Assembly (NCBI GenBank): GCA_963667625.1
Contig: OY763921.1
Location: 325,778-389,777 of the forward strand
DNA from: Thermodesulfobacteriota bacterium
Lineage (GTDB): Bacteria; Desulfobacterota_D; UBA1144; Nemesobacterales; Nemesobacteraceae
Direction of reading: 5' to 3'
DNA length: 64,000 nucleotides
Shown: positions 58,143 to 64,000 of the stretch, one piece after another
Layout: the number at the start of each line of letters is the position of its first letter
Position numbering within the stretch: position 1 is the stretch's first letter
Notes under the pieces: model-generated
Database searches by the model: none
Told to the model about the DNA's origin: nothing
Seen by the model: the letters and a program-made list of their open reading frames with translations, nothing else
Position numbers and translations under genes: made by a program

Positions 58143-59138
58143 TCAGGGAACGACCGAAAGACTGCTGAGCTTGACGACCGATATGTTCTGCGCAAGCAGC
58201 AGGTCCCTTGTTTTCTCGGGCGGCAGGACATCCGTAAGCAAAAGCCTTATTCTTCCCCCGAGATTGCTTCTGAGATTCTTTACCGAACCGTTTTCGCCCC
58301 GGAGACTGTTAACGACATTTTCGATCTCGGCACCCGGAAGAAAAAGCATAACCGGCATTATCTCAGGGGCATCGACGAAAAAATCTTCCGCACCTTCCGC
58401 AATGGCTCCCCTGGCCGCGGTCTGCAGGTTAAGCAGGTTGGCGAATTTGGAAAAAGAACCACAGCCGGGAAGGTAGGAGAATGTCTGATCCTCGGCTGAG
58501 ATTTCTCCCAATTCCTGTTCTGAGAGGCGCAGGAGATCGAGTATGTCTCCATGGGAAAAGCTTTTGCTCTCGGCCGCGACGGTCCCCGCGCCAAATATTA
58601 CGGCTGGGAAGTCTTCTTTTACCGAACTTCCAATCGCGCTTATTTCGTCCTTGAGCTTTCTCCTGGCGAGAAAGCCGAATTTTACGACGTTCGAGTAACT
58701 GACCGTTTTTTCCTCTACGGGAATCTTTTCGTTTACGCTTAGAAAGGCTTTTTCTATTTTCTCCCCGAGCACCGGAGTCTCGACGAGTTCGCGCGCCTCA
58801 TCCGCACTTGCGCAAAGAAGAAAGCAGTTTCCGGATGAGTTCACAAGGATTTCCCCTGCTTCCTTCGTGTTCTTTGCGGGCAGGCAGATCCCCCCCAGCG
58901 CGAATACCGCCAGTTCGAAAAAAAGGCACGCCAGTGTATTAGGCGAAAGAACGACGATCCTGCTTCCGGTTGAGAACCCCGAATTCAGAAGAAAGCAGGC
59001 TATGCTTTCAACCTCTGTAACAAGATCGGGCCATGTGATCTGTTTCCAGCTCCATCCGTCTTTTTTCTGAAACAGCAGCTTTGAGCCGTTTTCCTTTGTG
59101 CTTCGCACGAGAAAATTGCGGAAGTTCCTTTCGTTCAT
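58143..59138 (-). CDS. Hypothetical protein with degenerate AMP-binding (acyl-CoA synthetase N-domain)-like features
   Basis: 331 aa. VIFGAGTVAAESKSFSHGDI weakly resembles the AMP-binding P-loop (T/S-G-T-T-G-x-P-K-G) but lacks the conserved residues. Confidence 0.35.
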   Translation of the reverse strand: MNERNFRNFLVRSTKENGSKLLFQKKDGWSWKQITWPDLVTEVESIACFLLNSGFSTGSRIVVLSPNTLACLFFELAVFALGGICLPAKNTKEAGEILVNSSGNCFLLCASADEARELVETPVLGEKIEKAFLSVNEKIPVEEKTVSYSNVVKFGFLARRKLKDEISAIGSSVKEDFPAVIFGAGTVAAESKSFSHGDILDLLRLSEQELGEISAEDQTFSYLPGCGSFSKFANLLNLQTAARGAIAEGAEDFFVDAPEIMPVMLFLPGAEIENVVNSLRGENGSVKNLRSNLGGRIRLLLTDVLPPEKTRDLLLAQNISVVKLSSLSVVP

Positions 59139-59225
59139 TCTTCTCCGGACCGCTTTTGCGGATTGTGATTCGGGTAAAATTAAAAACTATAATTTAACCG
59201 GTTTGCACACCATGGTGGCGAATTT

Positions 59226-60581
59226 ATGAAAAGGGAACTTGATTTCGAGAAGAAAAATTTCGCGGGGGCGCTTGAGATTGTAAAAACCCTCGGAGAAAAG
59301 GGACACGAAGCTTTTTTCGTGGGCGGCTGCGTGCGTGACGCCTTGCTCGGCGTTGAGTGCAACGAGATCGATATAGCGACAAGCGCGACTCCAGAGCAGA
59401 TTCAGCGGACGTTTGCAAAGACCGTGGCCGTGGGGGAGAGCTTCGGTGTGGTGCTGGTGATAAAAGAAGACATGAAGTTCGAGGTTGCCACCTTCAGGAA
59501 GGAATCAAGTTACGGGGACGGAAGGCATCCGGAACATGTCGATTACACGAAAAGCGCGGAAGAAGACGTTCGCAGAAGGGATTTTACGGTAAACGGAATG
59601 CTTTACGATCCGGTCTCTGGAGAGCTTTACGATTACGTGGAGGGTCTTGGGGATCTTGAACGGAGGATTGTTAGGGCTATAGGAGATCCCGAGGAAAGAT
59701 TCGGTGAGGACAGGCTGAGAATGATGAGAGCGGTGCGGTTCGCGTCATGTCTCGATTTTGAGCTCGACGGAGCGGCCCTTTCGGCTATACGCAACGAGGC
59801 CTCCGCGATATCTGTTGTAAGTGGGGAGAGAATACGCGAAGAACTCGTCAAGATACTTACCCGCCGGAATCCGGGAAACGGACTCAGGCTTCTTAGCTCC
59901 AGCGGTCTTCTTGAACATTTTCTTCCGGAAGTCGAATGTATGCACGGAGTTCGCCAGCCCCCTCAGTTTCATCCCGAAGGAGACGTGTTTGGGCATACCT
60001 GCCTTGTGATGGACATGCTCTGCGGTAACACCGACGGTCGCTACTCTGAGGAGCTTGCCGTAGCCGCACTTCTCCATGATGTGGGGAAGCCGCCTACTTA
60101 CAGCGAGTCTGACAGGATAAGGTTCAACGGACACGACAGGGTAGGGGCCAAGATGTCTGAGGATATCTGCAGGAGGCTCAGATTCTCCAAAAAGCAGATA
60201 AAGAGAATTTCCGAGCTTATCCTTGAGCATCTTAAGTTCAAGGATGTTTTCAACATGAGAGAAAGCACCCTGAAGAGATTTCTTTCCCTCCCGTATTTTG
60301 AGGAGCATATGCAGATGCATCTTGCGGACTGCATGGCCAGTCACGGAAAAACCGACGCCTACGATTTCATAAGGGAAAAGATGGAAGAGTACGGGCGTGA
60401 GGAGATAAAGCCCCCGCCGCTTCTCAGCGGACAGGATCTTATAGACCTTGGCTATTCTCCAGGCCCTGTTTTTTCGGAAATGCTGGGACAGGTGGAAGAA
60501 CTACAGCTTGAAAACAGGATCTCCTTGAAGGAAGAAGCCATAGAGTTTATTCTGAAGAACTACCCCGGCAACCGCAGTTAG
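59226..60581 (+). CDS. cca: CCA tRNA nucleotidyltransferase / poly(A) polymerase family with HD domain
   Basis: Pol-beta-like head FFVGGCVRDALLG with RDFTVNGM and a C-terminal HD domain (LLHDVGK). Confidence 0.85.
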   Translation: MKRELDFEKKNFAGALEIVKTLGEKGHEAFFVGGCVRDALLGVECNEIDIATSATPEQIQRTFAKTVAVGESFGVVLVIKEDMKFEVATFRKESSYGDGRHPEHVDYTKSAEEDVRRRDFTVNGMLYDPVSGELYDYVEGLGDLERRIVRAIGDPEERFGEDRLRMMRAVRFASCLDFELDGAALSAIRNEASAISVVSGERIREELVKILTRRNPGNGLRLLSSSGLLEHFLPEVECMHGVRQPPQFHPEGDVFGHTCLVMDMLCGNTDGRYSEELAVAALLHDVGKPPTYSESDRIRFNGHDRVGAKMSEDICRRLRFSKKQIKRISELILEHLKFKDVFNMRESTLKRFLSLPYFEEHMQMHLADCMASHGKTDAYDFIREKMEEYGREEIKPPPLLSGQDLIDLGYSPGPVFSEMLGQVEELQLENRISLKEEAIEFILKNYPGNRS

Positions 60582-60827
60582 TGATTATCATTCAAGCTTT
60601 GCTTGCAATAGGAACAAGCCCTTTGTCGCTCATTTTTGCTTGATTGTGAGCGCCTAATGAATTTGTGTCTAATATATGAGCGTCAAAATGTGGAAGAGGT
60701 TTGTATAATGGCAATAGGTCGGGGGAATGCCAGAATCGATGACTGTCGTTCTTGAGCAGGCCGAAGTTCGTATATTCCTGAGAACCATATCCCGCTATTC
60801 CCTTATGCTCTGAAATTATTTAATGCT

Positions 60828-62048
60828 TTAACCCTCTTGAATCGCCGTGGCGTAGATGTCGATGTCTTTTGAGCTCATACCTAAGCGGTGCGCTGTGCTC
60901 AGCCAGTTTTTCAGGGGAGCCGATATTTCATCGATTATTGCCTCGGCCTCTTTTTTCTTTAGGGCGAAAAACGGTGTTGCCTCACGCGCCAGATTGAGGT
61001 CGGCTTCGGGTCCCTGCTCTGAAATCCAAGTTGTAAGTTCTCGAACTTTTTCCACAAGCGGCACGGGATTCAGGTCGTAGGCGGGTGAGAGGCGCCATCT
61101 GCCGTTGCCGTTGTAAAGAAATCCGTGATTACGGAGGTGATCGTCAAGATTACCAATCAGCACATTAAAGACGATCCGTCGCCAGAGTTCGTGCAGGTCT
61201 TCCGTCGGCGAGCTTGAATGCATGCGTATAATTTCCGCGATGTCGGTATAAGTTGCTTCATCTCCGTCGTTTAGTCCTAGAAGGCTCATGGCTGACAGAA
61301 ACGGGATACGTCGGTTGCCAGTTCGGTCGAAGCGCCGGATCAGTGCCACCGGTCGGCCGACGACATCCACCAGTTCTGCATCGGCCACAGTCAGTCCTGC
61401 CTCGCGTGCCAGAGTCATCGCCAGTACTTCCCCGTGCGGTATGCTTCGATCATCATCGGGTTTTGGGAACTTGGCGATTGCCAACGTGCCGTCTGTGTTC
61501 TCTACTGCGGATTTCGGACGCGCGCCGCCAAGCGGCGAGCCCTCATTCAAAAGCAGTTTAAGGTCTTCTGAAGTTTCGGTATTCGTCTGAACGGCGTCAG
61601 TCGCGTTGAGAAGCGCTGGCAGTTGAATCAGGGGCGGTACGCGGGAATTGCTTATGTGATGATCAAAGGAGTCTTCGCCCTTGCGTCTGAAACGTAGCGC
61701 GCCGATGCGTGTATGGTCCGTGACCGCAAGCAAATAATCAATTTCCGAAAGGGTTCGCCTTCCCCCGGCTTTGGCAAACGCTCGCTTGATAAGCTGTCGA
61801 CCCCAGCGGTCTGGTGCCGCGTCACGGATGGCTCCCGGCAGCGCGGATTTATCTGAAGAAGTATAAAACGGTCCTGCCTGCAGCGGCAGATTCTTCGGAT
61901 CAATTGCGAAGGCAGCCATGTCACCGAGCCATTCGGCTGCATATTCGAACACAGAGCTTCGGCTGTGGCGCTTGCTGACATAGCGGAACCGACCGACCAT
62001 TCGGGTACCGCCCGGCTGGTCAACATGGATCTCGATTGCATCTTTCAT
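60828..62048 (-). CDS. hipA: HipA-family serine/threonine kinase toxin
   Basis: 406 aa. HipA C-terminal catalytic motifs NLDDHLRNHGFLY and LSPAYDLN. Its start overlaps the stop of the upstream HTH gene (ATGA). Confidence 0.85.
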   Translation of the reverse strand: MKDAIEIHVDQPGGTRMVGRFRYVSKRHSRSSVFEYAAEWLGDMAAFAIDPKNLPLQAGPFYTSSDKSALPGAIRDAAPDRWGRQLIKRAFAKAGGRRTLSEIDYLLAVTDHTRIGALRFRRKGEDSFDHHISNSRVPPLIQLPALLNATDAVQTNTETSEDLKLLLNEGSPLGGARPKSAVENTDGTLAIAKFPKPDDDRSIPHGEVLAMTLAREAGLTVADAELVDVVGRPVALIRRFDRTGNRRIPFLSAMSLLGLNDGDEATYTDIAEIIRMHSSSPTEDLHELWRRIVFNVLIGNLDDHLRNHGFLYNGNGRWRLSPAYDLNPVPLVEKVRELTTWISEQGPEADLNLAREATPFFALKKKEAEAIIDEISAPLKNWLSTAHRLGMSSKDIDIYATAIQEG

Positions 62049-62386
62049 CAGGAGATCCTTTTGCTTCTGCGTCTTCCGGACATGATCTTCTTAGGCAGAC
62101 GGTCCTCGTCAAGATCGAGGCCCAAAACATCATTGATACGGTCGGCGACTTGGCCTAGACCTTCGGCAAGACCGAGGATAGCCAGAACCGTCGCGTATAT
62201 TCCCATCGAGACCGTGGGGTCACCCTTTTCGATCTTGTAAAGAGTGGCGCGGCTTATAAAAGCGCGTTCCGCCATTGAAACAGTTGAAATGCGGCGTTTT
62301 TTGCGTGCAACGGCTATATCCGCGCCGAGTTTGACTAAAGCTTGCCGGGCTACCCGCGGAAGCGTTTCTGGTGCTTGTGATTTCAT
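62048..62386 (-). CDS. hipB: HipB-like XRE-family HTH antitoxin
   Basis: 112 aa with an HTH (ISTVSMAERAFISRATLYKIEKGD) directly upstream of, and overlapping, hipA. Confidence 0.75.
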   Translation of the reverse strand: MKSQAPETLPRVARQALVKLGADIAVARKKRRISTVSMAERAFISRATLYKIEKGDPTVSMGIYATVLAILGLAEGLGQVADRINDVLGLDLDEDRLPKKIMSGRRRSKRIS

Positions 62387-62611
62387 TGTCCTATATTATT
62401 ATCAATTAAGCTTGATTTGTCTATTATATAAGACATGAAATTAAAAGGAAAGGCTATAGATGCACTGATAAGCCTGTGATTGGAGTCGGAAAGCTTCTTT
62501 GGGAGATATGTCTTACGGGTGGTCTACACATAAGGCACGGCTGGTACGCAAAGGCGGAACCTGTAAATGGCGGGTTTTCCCCCGTACCGTACCGGGGACG
62601 CAACGGCAGGT

Positions 62612-62660
62612 AATAAAAAATGGGGAACAACATATCGTTACGCTGTTCCCCGTTTTTATC
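62612..62660. terminator. Bidirectional rho-independent terminator downstream of atpE
   Basis: GGGGAACA ... TGTTCCCC 8-bp stem flanked by AAAAAA on one side and TTTTTA on the other. Confidence 0.6.
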
Positions 62661-62669
62661 GTGTACGCG

Positions 62670-62996
62670 TCAGATTTTTCCCTGGAGCAGAAACGCTATG
62701 AGCAGGGCGTAGATTACCAGAGACTCGATCAGGGCGAGACCGATAATCATTGGCGTCTGAATCTTTGCGGAAGCACCGGGGTTTCTAGCTATGCCGTCAA
62801 CAGCGGAAGCCGTGGCGAGTCCTTGGCCTACGCCCGCTACGCCTGCGGCTATGCCTATGCCTACTCCGGCACCGATGCCAAGTCCCATCTTCGCCAGTTC
62901 TCCTAAGCCCCCCTCAGTCGCGGCAAACGCATCGGGAACGAAAGCCCCAAACGAAGCCAGTGCCGCCAGACCTATAAAAGAAAACAACCTTTTCAT
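62670..62996 (-). CDS. atpE: F0F1 ATP synthase subunit c
   Basis: 108 aa; two TM helices with a glycine-rich [15 protein letters not shown] segment and the conserved carboxylate helix ([11 protein letters not shown]). Confidence 0.85.
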   Translation of the reverse strand: MKRLFSFIGLAALASFGAFVPDAFAATEGGLGELAKMGLGIGAGVGIGIAAGVAGVGQGLATASAVDGIARNPGASAKIQTPMIIGLALIESLVIYALLIAFLLQGKI

Positions 62997-63017
62997 TTCT
63001 TACCTCCTAGATTTATG

Positions 63018-63707
63018 TCAGTGTTCATGCGCTTCGGCAAGCGCGATATATATGGTCGAAAGTATAGTGAATATAAAAGCCTGCAAAAAAGATACGAAAA
63101 TACCTAGTCCCACGAAAGCCATGGGAATCAGTATATGTGTGAGGTTGGTAAACACCCCGAGCACCATGTGGTCGCCCGTTATGTTCATGAAAAGCCTGAG
63201 GGATAAGGACAGGGGCCTTACCAGATGGCTTATAATCTCGATGATCAGCATAAGCGGCGCGAGGAAAATTACCGGGCCCAGAAAATGCTTGATGTAACCC
63301 AACCCGTGCTCCCTTATTCCGTAGTAGTTGTACATGACAAATATGAGAAGCGAGCACGCTACGGTGGTGTTCAGATTTCCGGTCGGCGGAAGAAAGCCCG
63401 GGACCATTCCCAGCAGGTTCGCAAACAGTATGAAGAAAAACGACCCGGCTAGAAGCGGAAAGTATTTCTTCGCCTTCGCGCGGGATCCGAAAACGTTTTC
63501 AATCGTGTTGAAAAGGAACTCAAGCCCCAGGAGTTCGAAGAAAATGTTCATCGACGGCTTCTCTTCGGGGATTACGGCTTCTTCTCTCGAGTAATGTTTT
63601 GTTACCCTCAGGCCGACAAACAGTATGAACAGAAGTACCAGCACTCCGCCCAGAATATGGTCGTATTCTATGAGACCGGCGAGGGAAAACCAACTGAAAT
63701 GTTCCAT
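63018..63707 (-). CDS. atpB: F0F1 ATP synthase subunit a
   Basis: 229 aa; the conserved Arg helix LSLSLRLFMNITGDH and C-terminal FIFTILSTIYIALA. Confidence 0.85.
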   Translation of the reverse strand: MEHFSWFSLAGLIEYDHILGGVLVLLFILFVGLRVTKHYSREEAVIPEEKPSMNIFFELLGLEFLFNTIENVFGSRAKAKKYFPLLAGSFFFILFANLLGMVPGFLPPTGNLNTTVACSLLIFVMYNYYGIREHGLGYIKHFLGPVIFLAPLMLIIEIISHLVRPLSLSLRLFMNITGDHMVLGVFTNLTHILIPMAFVGLGIFVSFLQAFIFTILSTIYIALAEAHEH

Positions 63708-63709
63708 GT

Positions 63710-64000
63710 CTAACCCTTCAAACCTTTACCTATTATTACTATCACCACGGAAGTTAAGCCTATCATTAAACCATATATATTTAGTTTTGCAAATACGAGT
63801 AAAACCGTTATTATCGCAAGCAGCGCGAGCATTTTCATGACCAGTATGAACATGGAAAACGCAAGTGAATACCTTTTTTCCGCAAGCGCTTTTACGACGA
63901 ATCTTATGGCCACGTAATCCAGCAGAAAAAGGACCCCGGCGACCGCTATGGCAACCGCAACTTCCCTTTGCCCGATGGCGATATTCACGGCGAAAAGAAG
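63710..64000 (-). CDS. AtpI/AtpZ-like small membrane protein preceding atpB (N-terminus may lie beyond window end)
   Basis: A hydrophobic ORF of at least 92 aa immediately upstream of atpB with a 2-nt gap; no catalytic motif. Confidence 0.45.
   Translation of the reverse strand, partial: LLFAVNIAIGQREVAVAIAVAGVLFLLDYVAIRFVVKALAEKRYSLAFSMFILVMKMLALLAIITVLLVFAKLNIYGLMIGLTSVVIVIIGKGLKG

Noticed and set aside
60856-61080. 74-aa plus-strand ORF and a TATAAT-like box at 60703 near the hipA 3' end
   Set aside because: The ORF is antisense inside hipA, and there is no downstream plus-strand gene for the putative promoter to drive.
1-64000. CRISPR arrays, rRNA and tRNA genes
   Set aside because: Scanning the intergenic regions found no regularly spaced direct repeats, no rRNA-like segments and no sequence with a complete tRNA cloverleaf.

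Overview
This 64 kb window is a gene-dense chromosomal segment from a GC-rich bacterium. The gene content (split atpI-atpB-atpE locus, methylmalonyl-CoA mutase, glcDEF, F420-related cofE/LLM oxidoreductase, ThyX) hints at a Desulfobacterota-like anaerobe, but that is inference only. The housekeeping backbone includes a TPP enzyme (5' partial), lepA, a TonB-dependent receptor, aldehyde dehydrogenase, msrB, an AmiS/UreI-family channel, a beta-oxidation-like operon (ACAD, SCP-x thiolase, DUF35, MaoC), tsaC, glcD-glcE-DUF-glcF, HU, an RND adaptor, two NifS-like cysteine desulfurases flanking cofE and a GDPD, argC, an orphan RND pump, gap-pgk-fbaB, fbp, cvpA, a polyprenyl synthase, rimI, meaB with both methylmalonyl-CoA mutase subunits, queC-queE, a methyltransferase, a Sir2-like protein, a long ThyX, xseA, cca and atpB/atpE. 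Four regions stand out as accessory or atypical. (1) An apparently low-GC three-gene cassette at 28.2-30.1 kb encodes a stand-alone STAS-like protein, a PIN-like nuclease and a STAS+GHKL-ATPase fusion. It sits beside AT-rich DNA and a precisely delimitable IS30 element with 25-bp TIRs and a CTT target duplication, and the IS interrupts a small ORF that can be rejoined in frame. This is the best candidate for an undescribed partner-switch-regulated toxin or defence module. (2) Two tandem paralogous acetoacetate-decarboxylase-superfamily genes with a conserved Lys-Lys dyad and atypical codon usage lie next to the beta-oxidation-like operon. (3) A GC-rich rve-type IS (IS481/ISNCY-like) with 34-bp TIRs is flanked by displaced 17-bp direct repeats. 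(4) A hipBA toxin-antitoxin module lies beside the atp genes. No CRISPR array, rRNA or tRNA was found.
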